Assembly: GCA_033763755.1 (NCBI GenBank)
Contig: JANRJX010000075.1
Location: 47,548 to 111,547, forward strand
Length of the DNA stretch: 64,000 bases
Source: Chloroflexota bacterium
Lineage (GTDB): Bacteria > Chloroflexota > Anaerolineae > Aggregatilineales > Phototrophicaceae
Direction: 5' to 3'
The notes below the pieces were generated by a model, which searched no databases, was not told the origin of the DNA, and saw only the letters and a program-made list of their open reading frames with translations. Positions within the stretch are counted from its first letter, which is position 1, and each line of letters opens with the position of its first letter. Below are positions 1 through 9,633 of the stretch, one piece after another. The position numbers and the translations under genes were made by a program.

Positions 1-1062
1 TAAACCGACATATTGAAGGAAGCCGCGCAATGTCGCCTGGACTTCAAAGCCGGGATTGATAAAGAACGAGTCGTCTTCGACTGCAACTGTCGCGTTGATT
101 AGGTCCTGCGGGAAGTCCTGGTACTGGACGTTCGTCCGCCGTCCTTCGCCGAATGCCTCGTAAAGCAGTGCGCCGTTACGGTCGTAGATGAACGTACTCT
201 GGAAATTGTCTGTCTGTCCGACCTGCGCGACCTGCTCCTGATAGCGCTCTTCAAGCTGCGCGCCGAGCGTGGCGGTCAGGATGAGCGTGAGCAACGTCAG
301 CCCGCCGCAGAAGGTGACGAACAACCCGGCGAACACCATCAGGCAGCCGGGCGAGCAGCCGAGGAAGCCGCGCTTGCTGCGCCGTGCACGTCGCTGTGGG
401 GGCAGTGGTTGTGCTTGCTGCTGCGGATACGGGTAGTTGGGCGGTGGGTAGTTACCCGGCTGCGGCGCTTGCTGCTGTGGCGGCTGTCCGTAAAGTTGTT
501 CTGGTACTGGCTTGGGGATACCGTCTGTGCCGGGGCGCGGCTGCTTAACGACGGGTGGTAAGCGTTTGCTGCTGGCAGTCGGTGGCATAGCAGGTGCAGG
601 CTGTGGCGGCGCTGGCGGGGCGGGCATGACGTGTTCCGCCTTGACTGGCACATGCACCACCGTATGCTCGAACGGCACGATATGCGGTACGGTGTAGCCC
701 GCCGGAACATTGCGCGGGTCTTCCGGGAAGAAGTCCGGGTTGGGATCCATGCCGCCGCTGCCCGGCAGGGTCTTTTTGGGATCAGTCGGTACGCGCGGCA
801 AATCGTCTGGCAGTTCGTGCGGCTGCGTCGGCAGCGCCATCGCCGGATCGGGGGGGGGCAGTGTGGGCGCGGTCACATCATCACTTGCTGAGTCTGCCTG
901 TGCTTCGGCAGGTACGATCAGGTCAGCAGTCTCATCATCGTCGTGCGGCGGCTCTTCAATCACCACCGGTCGTCCTTCGACAACCGTCTCAATCTTCGCT
1001 TCAGGGTCACTGGCGTTCTCAAGTTCGACACCGCTGTCATGCGGCGTGCGCTCATCGGGCAT
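1..1062 (-). CDS. Class A penicillin-binding protein (PBP1A-type), N-terminal part; the 3' end lies beyond position 1
   Basis: Own translation of the minus strand from ATG 1062-1060. The frame stays open to the window edge, so it is absent from the ORF track. It reads MPDERTPHDSGVELE..., then about 230 aa of acidic then Pro/Gln-rich sequence, a basic patch RRARRSKRGF, one TM helix (CLMVFAGLFVTFCGGLTLLTLILTATL), and a GT51 transglycosylase-like motif NATVAVEDDSFFINPGFEVQATLRG. Confidence 0.75.
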   Translation of the reverse strand, partial: MPDERTPHDSGVELENASDPEAKIETVVEGRPVVIEEPPHDDDETADLIVPAEAQADSASDDVTAPTLPPPDPAMALPTQPHELPDDLPRVPTDPKKTLPGSGGMDPNPDFFPEDPRNVPAGYTVPHIVPFEHTVVHVPVKAEHVMPAPPAPPQPAPAMPPTASSKRLPPVVKQPRPGTDGIPKPVPEQLYGQPPQQQAPQPGNYPPPNYPYPQQQAQPLPPQRRARRSKRGFLGCSPGCLMVFAGLFVTFCGGLTLLTLILTATLGAQLEERYQEQVAQVGQTDNFQSTFIYDRNGALLYEAFGEGRRTNVQYQDFPQDLINATVAVEDDSFFINPGFEVQATLRGFLQYVGL

Positions 1063-1178
1063 GATGCTGGCTCCGGCTTACGGTTCATCGTACTCAGTAT
1101 AAACGGTATTCTAGCAAACCTGAATACACGATGAATGGCGCGCACCTGACGCAATGGGTACGCTTGCACACCGCTGCC

Positions 1179-2954
1179 CTACGATTGCAATTCTTGTTCG
1201 CGTTCGGTCAGTTCCAGTTGCACCAACTCGCGCCGCAGCGTCTTGCCGACCATCGTCTTTGGCAGTTCGCGAATGAAGGCGATACGGCGCGGCACTTCAT
1301 ACGGCGCAAGGTGAGTGCTGCACAGGTTGATTAAGTCCTGCTCAGTGACGCTCATCCCAGGCTTGACGACGATCCATGCCTTGAGCATTTCCTGTCCCTG
1401 CTTTTCAGTGTGCGGCACGGCAGCCACGCCCACTTCCAGCACGGCGGGATGATCCTTGATGACTTTTTCGATATTGGTAGGGTAGACGTTGAAGCCGCCA
1501 ATGAGCGCCATGTCCTTCTTACGATCCACGATGTAGAAAAAGCCGTCGTTGTCCATACGCGCGATGTCGCCTGTCGAGAGCCACGTTTTGCCATCGTGCT
1601 GGCGCAGCACGTTCGCCGTTTCGGTCGGCATCTTGAAGTAACCCATCATCGTATTGGGTCCCGCCATGACCAGCTCGCCAATGTCGCCTACAGGCACTTC
1701 GGTCACGCCGTCGTCCAGACTGACGATTTTTGCCTCAACATCTGGCAGCGGCAAACCGATGCTGCCGGGGCGGTTTTCACCGAGCAGCGGATTGGCAATC
1801 GACGCGGTCGGCGCTTCGCTCATACCGAATCCCTCGTAGAGCCGTCGTGCGCCATGCGACTCGAACTCGCGTTTAGTGGCGGGTGGCAGCGGTGCCGCGC
1901 CACTGCTGGCGATATGTACTGATTGCATGGTGACAGCGCCGGACTTGACGCGCGGGTGATTATTGACGGCGTTAAACATGGCAGGCACGCCGAGGAACAC
2001 GCCCGGCTTGTAGACATCAATCACATCCACGATCATGTCCACGTCGCGCGGGTTCGGCAAGAGCAGCACAGTCGCGCCGACGGATATTGCCTGTAACAAT
2101 ACAACGATCAACCCGAAAGCGTGGAACATGGGCAGCGCGCCGAGGAAAAGATACTGTGCCGGGTCGATCTTGCCGAGTACCGGATCGGTGACATTGGTCC
2201 AGGCGCGCAGCATCATCACGTTGGCGACCAATGCTTTGTGCTGTCCCATTGCGCCTTTGGAGACGCCGGTGGTGCCGCCCGTGTACTGAAAGATCGCTAC
2301 ATCGTCGCTTCGCACCTGCACATCCGGCTTCCGCCCGGCGTACCGCGCCAGCACATCTTTGAGCCAATGATCACCGTCTGCCAGTGTATCGAGTGCGTGA
2401 CCGTCTTTCTTTTCGCGTGCCAGCGTGAAGAGTGTGCGCGCCAGCGGATGCAGATATTCCTTGACGTTGGCGACGAGGACGGTCTTGACTCTTGTTTGCG
2501 ACTGGAGTTGCTTGATGAGCCTGTAGAAGAGGGTGATGGTGATGACAAACTCCGCCTCGCAGTCGTTAACCTGGAACTGCATCTTGTCCTGCGGATACGA
2601 CGGATTGGTTGCAGCGACCACGCCGCCTGCCTTTAGTGTGCCGAACAAGCCGACTGCGAACGCGACCACGTTGGGCAGCACCAGCGCGACCCGATCCCCA
2701 CGCTTCAAGCCCATGTCGATGAGCGCTGCTGCCAGTGCGTCGCTTTGTACGTCCAGTTCTGCAAACGTCAAGTGCTGCGCCTGGTGCCCGACGAGCGGCA
2801 GTCGAGCCGTCGTGATAAGTGCGGGCTTGCCGGGAAATTGCTTTGCCGCCTGACGCAGGAACTCGTGGACGCCGTGATCGGGATAGGGTGTGAGGGAATG
2901 GGGAACACCCGCATCGTACTGCTTGAGCCAGGGCTTGTCGGCATAAGTGACCAT
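1179..2954 (-). CDS. Long-chain acyl-CoA synthetase (AMP-dependent synthetase/ligase, ANL superfamily)
   Basis: 591-aa ORF with AMP-binding signature FQYTGGTTGVSKGAM. It has a FadD-like N-terminus (MVTYADKPWLKQYDAGVP) and a C-terminal ...PKTMVGKTLRRELV typical of acyl-CoA ligases. Confidence 0.85.
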   Translation of the reverse strand: MVTYADKPWLKQYDAGVPHSLTPYPDHGVHEFLRQAAKQFPGKPALITTARLPLVGHQAQHLTFAELDVQSDALAAALIDMGLKRGDRVALVLPNVVAFAVGLFGTLKAGGVVAATNPSYPQDKMQFQVNDCEAEFVITITLFYRLIKQLQSQTRVKTVLVANVKEYLHPLARTLFTLAREKKDGHALDTLADGDHWLKDVLARYAGRKPDVQVRSDDVAIFQYTGGTTGVSKGAMGQHKALVANVMMLRAWTNVTDPVLGKIDPAQYLFLGALPMFHAFGLIVVLLQAISVGATVLLLPNPRDVDMIVDVIDVYKPGVFLGVPAMFNAVNNHPRVKSGAVTMQSVHIASSGAAPLPPATKREFESHGARRLYEGFGMSEAPTASIANPLLGENRPGSIGLPLPDVEAKIVSLDDGVTEVPVGDIGELVMAGPNTMMGYFKMPTETANVLRQHDGKTWLSTGDIARMDNDGFFYIVDRKKDMALIGGFNVYPTNIEKVIKDHPAVLEVGVAAVPHTEKQGQEMLKAWIVVKPGMSVTEQDLINLCSTHLAPYEVPRRIAFIRELPKTMVGKTLRRELVQLELTEREQELQS

Positions 2955-3115
2955 AATTGCACTCCAAAAAGATCTATCAGGCGAAAAGACTGTTTTGATC
3001 TATTGAAGCGCACTTCTCATCAATACGCAATCATGGAATAACCTGCTATCCTCTTCCGCTCCAGCCGCTTGGATAGGCTCTTTTCTTGCTGTGCCTGGCT
3101 ACCTCGCGTTTAAGA

Positions 3116-5542
3116 TCAGACTCCGTACAGCGCACGATAAATGGCGTGGAAGCCGTAGATGCGCGTCACGTAAGTGCGCGTGCTGCTGATGGTGATCGCG
3201 CTGATGAACAGGTCGGGGTTGCCGCCAGACAGTTCCAGCCATTGCGCCGCACGTCCCGGTCCGGCATTGTAGGCGCTAAGAGCAGCAGGCGCGTTGTTAT
3301 TGAACGCAGCCAACTGTTCTTCCAGGTAGTATGCACCAAAGGCGATGCTGGCATACGGACGGAAAAGGACACTGTGCTGATAGTTTTCCCACGCCAACTG
3401 CTGTGCGATGTACTCGCCTGTGCTGGGAATGACCTGTGTCAAGCCTTTTTCGCCTGCCGCAGCCGTCGCGGTGGCGTCGAAAAGACTCTCATGGCGGATG
3501 AGCGCAAACAGCAGCAGTGGATCCATGTTGTACTGCGCGGCTGCATCCTGTACTACATCGAGGTAGTAGGCGGGGTAACGCATCCGTGCGATGAACGCGG
3601 GCGCTTGCAGTGTGCTGATCTGTGCCGCATCAATCGTGTTTGCTGCTGCACGGATAGAGGCATTGTATGCGCCTAGCTGCTGCCAGTGAACGGCAAGCTG
3701 GTACGAACTCAGGGCATCGCCCTGCGTTGTATTGAGCAGATCGTTGAATTCGGCGCGTGCCTCTTCGTATGCCGCCACCGCCCACAATTCATCGCCCCGT
3801 ATCAGCCGTGGGTCGTTTTGCAGCGTCGGCGAAAGCTGCGATAGCACACCTTCCTGCGTAATGCCAAATGTCTGGCGCAGCCATGCTTCCGCCTGTGCCT
3901 GATCTGTCGCTTCATCAAACGTGAAGCGATACTGCGCAGGTGGCGCGAACGGGGCACGCCCGTCGATGATGTCTTGCGCGCGGGCGCTAAAGTAGCTATC
4001 CGGCGCTGCCAGTGCCGCTTGCTGGAGCGCTTGATTGGCAATCTGCGTGTCACCACGCTGTAATGCCAGCCGCCCAACGTTCAGATATGCCTCTGCCTGG
4101 ACATCGCCCGTTGCGGTTGCTGCCAGCGCCGCGTAGAACTGCTCTGCTCCCCCTGTAGACCCTGTTTGTAGCGAGAGCGTTGCCGCCAGCAGCAAGCCTT
4201 CGCGCGCTTGATCGCTTTCCGGGTAGTCGCGCGCCAGACGGTTAAACGTCGCGATTGCTTCGGCCGGCTGATCGTTCGTGCCGTACAGATAGCCTGCGCG
4301 CCATAACGCCTCCGCCGCCTGCGGCAGGTAGCCGTAAGTGTTTGCCAGATCGAGATAACGTTCAATCGCGCCCACACTATCCCCACTCAGGAAGAACGTG
4401 CGCCCGCGTTCAAGCAGCGCGTCACCGAATGCCGGGTCGGTGGGAAACTGTGTGATGACGGTCTCGAACGCTGTCAATGCCGCCGCTGCGTTGCCCATCT
4501 CGCGGTAGGCGCGTCCAAGCGTCATATAAAACTGTATGGGAATATCGGTCAGCGGTCGCTGTGTGCTGTAGGTGTTGAGCGCGGTCACGGTCGCTTCGTA
4601 ATCGCCAAAGGCAAAACTGACCAGCCCTTGCTGGAACAGATCGATTTCGACACCGTTCGCCAGCAGCACCTGCATGGCACGATAGCCTTCGGGACGGTCT
4701 GAATGTTGGTCGAAAACGCCCTGCATTCGCGCCAGTCCAGATGCCATATCGCCACTATCGACCAGCGCTTGCGCTGCCATAAACGCGATGCTGGCGCGGT
4801 AGGGTGCGTTTCGCGCGACGGAGAGGATCGCGTCATACTGGGCGACGGCTTGAGTGGGTTGCCCAGCACTGATATAGAGCTGTGCCACTTTTTCGCGCAA
4901 CTGCAACTGTGGGACGAGTCCGCGATTGGCGGCGATAGCCGCGTCATAGCTGACGAGCGCAGCATCGAACTGACCGAGCGCCAGCTGCGCATCGCCAATG
5001 CGTTCGCGCGCGTAGCTGTCGATCAAGCCTGGTCGTGAGGTTAGATAAGTCTCAAAATCGGCGATGGCGTCCTGCCACTGCGACAACCCCAGGTAGGCAT
5101 CGCCACGCAGGAAGTACGCGCGTGCCACGCGCACATCCTGCGGGAACTGCTGGATGAAGGTCGTGAGTGCGGATGCTGCCTGATTGAACAGCCCTTCGCG
5201 CAACGCTGCCTGCCCCATGCCGAACGCAGCGGCGATGCGCAGTTCGACAGGTGCGGTTTCGCCCTGTGCCATGACCGCTTCGTAGTTGGCGACGGCATCT
5301 TCGTAATAGCCGTTAAGCAGTTGAGCCTCGGCACTCAGCACCAATTGATCGGGGGGCTGCGTGGCGGTTGGCGGAATTGTCGGCGTGGGCAGCGGAGTAG
5401 CACTGGCAGCAGCAAGCGTCTGATCGATCGCGATCTGCGTTGCGTTGGGCGCGATCACGACGCTTGGTGTGGTATCAGCGGCGGGTGCGCAGCTAGTCGC
5501 CACGATGAGCAGAAGGAGTATGGGTGTCAGGCGTTTCATCAT
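3116..5542 (-). CDS. Lipoprotein with TPR-like repeats and a C-terminal lytic transglycosylase (SLT/GH23) domain
   Basis: 808-aa ORF with a lipobox-type signal (MMKRLTPILLLLIVATSCAP) and a Pro/Thr linker. A long helical-repeat region follows. The C-terminus carries SLT motifs (IRHESLFD, GEKGLTQVIPSTG, YNAGPGR). Confidence 0.85.
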   Translation of the reverse strand: MMKRLTPILLLLIVATSCAPAADTTPSVVIAPNATQIAIDQTLAAASATPLPTPTIPPTATQPPDQLVLSAEAQLLNGYYEDAVANYEAVMAQGETAPVELRIAAAFGMGQAALREGLFNQAASALTTFIQQFPQDVRVARAYFLRGDAYLGLSQWQDAIADFETYLTSRPGLIDSYARERIGDAQLALGQFDAALVSYDAAIAANRGLVPQLQLREKVAQLYISAGQPTQAVAQYDAILSVARNAPYRASIAFMAAQALVDSGDMASGLARMQGVFDQHSDRPEGYRAMQVLLANGVEIDLFQQGLVSFAFGDYEATVTALNTYSTQRPLTDIPIQFYMTLGRAYREMGNAAAALTAFETVITQFPTDPAFGDALLERGRTFFLSGDSVGAIERYLDLANTYGYLPQAAEALWRAGYLYGTNDQPAEAIATFNRLARDYPESDQAREGLLLAATLSLQTGSTGGAEQFYAALAATATGDVQAEAYLNVGRLALQRGDTQIANQALQQAALAAPDSYFSARAQDIIDGRAPFAPPAQYRFTFDEATDQAQAEAWLRQTFGITQEGVLSQLSPTLQNDPRLIRGDELWAVAAYEEARAEFNDLLNTTQGDALSSYQLAVHWQQLGAYNASIRAAANTIDAAQISTLQAPAFIARMRYPAYYLDVVQDAAAQYNMDPLLLFALIRHESLFDATATAAAGEKGLTQVIPSTGEYIAQQLAWENYQHSVLFRPYASIAFGAYYLEEQLAAFNNNAPAALSAYNAGPGRAAQWLELSGGNPDLFISAITISSTRTYVTRIYGFHAIYRALYGV

Positions 5543-5615
5543 GCGCCCGATTATCGCGAGTCGGGCGCCAGGCTGTCAATGTATTTAGCATCGGCGTAGG
5601 GAGAACGTTGGGGTG

Positions 5616-6764
5616 CTAGAGCTTCCCCTGAATGACTCCGCGTTTGCCGTTGACGCGCCACTGTGTGTCTATCGTATCGAGATGCTCAGCCAGACCGGGC
5701 GGTAAACCAACGACAGGATCGCTCTTGAGTGTGCGTAGCGCCAGCAGCGGGGCTGGGAAGTAATTCACCACCTGTGAAAACGGTGTCGTCGGGTCCCACA
5801 GCGCATCGCCTACAGCGCGGCGATAGTTTGCGTCGCCCTTGATAAAGACAAGTGCGGCAGCCTTGAACGTTGTGTGCAGATAGTCCGGCATATCCCACAG
5901 GAAGCGTGTGCTGTTCCAGTAGAAATCCGGCAAGATATGCAGGTGTCCGGTGTCAAAAGCTGCCTGTAGGCGTTCGCCCAACGCGCGCACTTCACCCGTC
6001 CGCGTTGCCAGCAAGCGCCAGAACTCATGCACGTCTGCCACGACGGTATCGCTGACGAACGTGGGGTGCATCTTGACGTGCAGCCAGACTTCATGCCCCT
6101 GGTCGATCAATCCATCCGCCAGTGCGCAATCCATCGCCAGTTCCGTGCCGCAGTTATCGCAGATAACATGAACGACGCCGGGCCTGCGTAACAAGTGTTC
6201 GGCAAAGCGCACTGTGTCGTCTGCTAGCAAGTCGTCTTCGCCTGCCTTCGCACCGTGCGAGGCGGCGATGGCGTAGCTCAGGTCAATGCGATTACCCCAC
6301 AGGTCGAACTCAATGAGCGCGCTGAGCCGTTCTTCTGGCGATAGTGAGCGCGTGGCGAGCGCTTCGTCCAGCGTATGCCAAAGAGCGGTGCTGGCGAATT
6401 CCTCACGCTTCTTGGGCAGGAACGGGTCGCGACCGGTCTCGAACCAGCGCACCGCCTGGATCAGTTGACGATAGAAGTAGACCTCCGCGAAGAACCACTG
6501 AGTATGCAGCCATGTTTCGTTCGCATGTCCGGCATGTTGTGCTGCCCATGCCTCGTAATCCGGCGCGGGCGCAGCGATCATCGGCATTACGGCATCCGCC
6601 TCAACCTGTTCACGCAGGTGCTCCAGCGCAGCATGTATTGCCGGAGGATAGTCGGGATTGAGCGCCTGTGTTTCACGTATCGTTCCCGGCACGCGCTGTG
6701 ATTGGGAGTAATGGGCAAAAGCATTGGTATGATCGGTACGCACGGGCGGCGGACGATTGGGCAT
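5616..6764 (-). CDS. DUF89 / ARMT1-like damage-control phosphatase family protein
   Basis: 382-aa ORF with the family motifs VICDNCGTELAMDCALADGL, FIKGDANYRR and ALRTLKSDPVVG. Confidence 0.75.
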   Translation of the reverse strand: MPNRPPPVRTDHTNAFAHYSQSQRVPGTIRETQALNPDYPPAIHAALEHLREQVEADAVMPMIAAPAPDYEAWAAQHAGHANETWLHTQWFFAEVYFYRQLIQAVRWFETGRDPFLPKKREEFASTALWHTLDEALATRSLSPEERLSALIEFDLWGNRIDLSYAIAASHGAKAGEDDLLADDTVRFAEHLLRRPGVVHVICDNCGTELAMDCALADGLIDQGHEVWLHVKMHPTFVSDTVVADVHEFWRLLATRTGEVRALGERLQAAFDTGHLHILPDFYWNSTRFLWDMPDYLHTTFKAAALVFIKGDANYRRAVGDALWDPTTPFSQVVNYFPAPLLALRTLKSDPVVGLPPGLAEHLDTIDTQWRVNGKRGVIQGKL

Positions 6765-6821
6765 GACGTTGGTATCCTCGTCTGGCAGTCAGACTCATGA
6801 TTGTACACAGGAAGCAGGCAT

Positions 6822-7682
6822 ATGTACGAACATTACACCCCTGCGCCGCTGCTCCAACCGTATATTGACCAGTATTGGTTCCTACGCTCTGCGGGACAAC
6901 TGACCTCGTTACAGGAACAGATTTTTGTCGATGCCCAGGCGGATATCATGTTCAACTTTGGTGTCGCCTATGCACGACAGAACCTGCTCGGCGGCACATC
7001 CGCCATGACGACCGCGCATCTGGATGCGCAGCGCGAATACCCGATTGCCATTGCCCAGGCGGGAGTAATCGATTTAATCGGTATCCGCTTTCGGGCAGGG
7101 GGACTCGCGGCGTTTATCCGGTTGCCACTGCACGAGGCGTCGAATCTGACGATAGATTTGCAGGCCATTTTCGGCGGCGCTGCGGGTGTGTTGGAAGCGC
7201 GCATGTATGAGTCGCAAGACCCGCGAGAAAGAGTCGCGTTGCTTGACCTGTTTTTCTTACAACGACTCGCGCCGCCGCCTGCGCTCACGACCGCGCATTA
7301 TGTTGCAGAACGCATTGTAAGCTCGAATGGCAGCGAACGCATCGCCACGATCAGTGATGACGTTGGCTATTCGATCCGCACTGTTGACCGTCTGTTTGGG
7401 CAGATATTTGGTGTGTCGCCCAAGGTATACGCACGCATCGTGCGCTTTCAGCGGGCGTTGGGAATGCTCGGCGCTCAGCCTTCCATGCCGCTCATTGACA
7501 TCGCACTGCTGTGTGGTTATTACGATCAGGCGCATTTCAGCCGCGAGTTTGCCGAGTTTGCGGGGGATACGCCGCTCGCCTTTCGGCTTGCTATACTGGA
7601 GCGGCAGGGAGACCCGCCGCCTAATCTTTTGCCGCTATACAATCCAGTTGCCCACGATAAAGGCGGCGATCAACAACCCTAA
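6822..7682 (+). CDS. AraC-family transcriptional regulator
   Basis: C-terminal AraC HTH region (IATISDDVGYSIRTVDRLF ... LLCGYYDQAHFSREFAEFAGDTP). Start set at ATG 6822, with AGGAAG 8 nt upstream; the longest ORF begins at TTG 6801. The gene is divergent from the DUF89 gene. Confidence 0.8.
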   Translation: MYEHYTPAPLLQPYIDQYWFLRSAGQLTSLQEQIFVDAQADIMFNFGVAYARQNLLGGTSAMTTAHLDAQREYPIAIAQAGVIDLIGIRFRAGGLAAFIRLPLHEASNLTIDLQAIFGGAAGVLEARMYESQDPRERVALLDLFFLQRLAPPPALTTAHYVAERIVSSNGSERIATISDDVGYSIRTVDRLFGQIFGVSPKVYARIVRFQRALGMLGAQPSMPLIDIALLCGYYDQAHFSREFAEFAGDTPLAFRLAILERQGDPPPNLLPLYNPVAHDKGGDQQP

Positions 7683-8138
7683 CACGCGATTGACCGTGAA
7701 GCCCAACGTGTAGCTGCTTGAAAATCCCCACCAGTTCCAATATTGGAAGTCGATGCTGACCTGCGCCAATAGTGCGACTATCCCTACCAACAGGAGTTGA
7801 TCTTGTAAAGTGATAGTGTTGGTCAGCATTAAAAGCAAGGTGAGCAAAATGCCTACGCCAAGCTGTGTCGCAAATTCCAGGGCAAAATAGCGCGGCATGT
7901 TGTAGTAACTGCCACTGCGCACCGCAACGAAGGCAGCGACTTGCCCGTTAAAAACACCATACATGCCCCTCGGCGGCGTGGTCTTCTGCATAGCATCAGG
8001 CAGCGCGCCGAGATGTTCCTTATCAAGCGATTTCACCGCACGAATGCCCCACGGCGTCAACGCCTGCGTGAGACCTGCCCACAGGAACAAAAAGATGCCA
8101 GCGATCAAGCTTCCAGCTACAAGCGATCCAATGTCCAT
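7635..8138 (-). CDS. Hypothetical integral membrane protein (about 4 TM helices)
   Basis: 167-aa ORF with hydrophobic segments (LVAGSLIAGIFLFLWAGL, LGVGILLTLLLML, LLLVGIVALLAQV, VLGLLIAAFIVGNWIV). I recognise no family. Confidence 0.55.
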   Translation of the reverse strand: MDIGSLVAGSLIAGIFLFLWAGLTQALTPWGIRAVKSLDKEHLGALPDAMQKTTPPRGMYGVFNGQVAAFVAVRSGSYYNMPRYFALEFATQLGVGILLTLLLMLTNTITLQDQLLLVGIVALLAQVSIDFQYWNWWGFSSSYTLGFTVNRVLGLLIAAFIVGNWIV

Positions 8139-8148
8139 ATCTGTCCTT

Positions 8149-8182
8149 TCATAGAATGTTTAGCTGAACATCTATTCTATGA
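8149..8182. promoter_or_regulatory. Perfect 9-bp inverted repeat TCATAGAAT-N16-ATTCTATGA, 11 nt upstream of the start of the 7635..8138 gene
   Basis: Read directly: arm 8149-8157 tcatagaat and arm 8174-8182 attctatga. It is a candidate operator or 5'-UTR hairpin. Confidence 0.4.
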
Positions 8183-8332
8183 AACGGCTGCGCATAGGTC
8201 TTGTAAAAATTGGACAGATTGCTGCAACGTGCGAGCGTGTGACACTCCAACAGCTTTGTCTTCGGGATCTTTAACGGCGTGCGCAAGCGCTTTGGCTGAT
8301 CGAAAGTGGTTACATGCTGGTCGCCCATGCCA

Positions 8333-9550
8333 TCATGGGCGCGATACTGGCGCTCTGGCGTTAGGTGTACTGCCGCGCTGTGTCATCCACCAGAGCAGCG
8401 CGGCAAGCAACGGCATTGTCAGAAACTGGTAGCGCGCACCATCCGTTATGCTTAGGTGCAGCCAGGGCGAAAGCAAAACTACGATAAAGAGGGTTCCCAT
8501 GTGTAGGCGCATTGTCGTGCGCTGCGTCATCCGCCATGCCGAGACGATCAGTATCGGAATAAGAAATGCAAGATAATAGCTACCCGTTATAGGTAACAGC
8601 AGCAGCAGCATAATGAGTACGATGCATGTGAAGTTCACAATGCCCTCTTGCCCACTGATGAGCCTGGTACGCCATAATGTCCAAATACCGATGCCGATAA
8701 CTGCCGCAAAAAATATCGGTTGCAACACTGATGGAAGCAAATCCCCAGCCAGTTGGGGATTTGCATATTCCTGATAAGCACTCAGATTTGCAAACCATTC
8801 TGGCAGCCACCAACCAATGCGCAGCAGCGTTATGACAAAGAGCAGAGACATAACACCTGTAAAGACGAGGGCAGCACGCCATCGACGGTACAGTACTTCG
8901 CGGAGCAGCACCAGCACTACAAGTGGTGCGCCAAACGAGGGTGGCATAGTAGCGAATACGAAAACTACACCTGCCCAGCCCGGTTTACCACGCACAAGAC
9001 ACCAAATTCCTGCAGAAATGCTCAGAAGCATTATTCCGACGAACTGACCCAAAACATAGGAAATCATCGGGTATCGAAAGGCAAAAACAAGTCCGAGTAA
9101 TAAGGCGATTGTGATCCAGGGACGTGGCTTCCATCCTACGAGATCGAACCATACAAACGGAATGATCAGAAAAGCGAGGAATTGAAAGGACGCCCACAAA
9201 GCCAGCGCGACATCGTCTGGAAGCAGAATGAGTGGAGCCAAAAGTACAAAGGAATAGGCAGGATGTGCAACACGCTGCTCATCTTCCCCCGCCGATAATA
9301 CGGCTCCAAACATCCCGATTTGAATTCGTTCCGTCAATGCGGGACTGTAAGGCATTTCGCCAGCCCAGAATGCCTCCGTGCCGACGAGTCTGGGATAGAA
9401 ATCGAGTCTGTATCCATACATCGCAATGACGGTCTGGTGCGTAAACCAGGCCATGCCGGCAACCAGAATAAACGTCAGCGAAATTGCTATTATTGTCTTG
9501 TATGTGCCAGTATTGATTTGGATCCGGCTGGATAGCCCTAGCGATGACAT
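8333..9550 (-). CDS. Polytopic membrane protein, possibly a GT-C/DUF2029-like glycosyltransferase
   Basis: 405-aa ORF with more than 10 predicted TM helices and an early loop containing YRLDFYPR. Resemblance to GT87/DUF2029 proteins is by architecture only. Confidence 0.45.
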   Translation of the reverse strand: MSSLGLSSRIQINTGTYKTIIAISLTFILVAGMAWFTHQTVIAMYGYRLDFYPRLVGTEAFWAGEMPYSPALTERIQIGMFGAVLSAGEDEQRVAHPAYSFVLLAPLILLPDDVALALWASFQFLAFLIIPFVWFDLVGWKPRPWITIALLLGLVFAFRYPMISYVLGQFVGIMLLSISAGIWCLVRGKPGWAGVVFVFATMPPSFGAPLVVLVLLREVLYRRWRAALVFTGVMSLLFVITLLRIGWWLPEWFANLSAYQEYANPQLAGDLLPSVLQPIFFAAVIGIGIWTLWRTRLISGQEGIVNFTCIVLIMLLLLLPITGSYYLAFLIPILIVSAWRMTQRTTMRLHMGTLFIVVLLSPWLHLSITDGARYQFLTMPLLAALLWWMTQRGSTPNARAPVSRP

Positions 9551-9633
9551 TTAGTCAAACCCTGTATGGAAACAAACTTTATTTCATTCTACACTCTAAT
9601 GGTGAGTATCATTTTCTCAATTGTGGGCATTAC

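Noticed and set aside
339-1169. Track ORFs 339..710(-), 512..697(+), 631..891(+), 710..1102(+), 861..1064(+), 960..1169(-).
   Set aside because: All are alternative frames of the Pro-rich N-terminal region of the PBP gene (1..1062, minus strand). That gene is missing from the track only because it has no stop inside the window.
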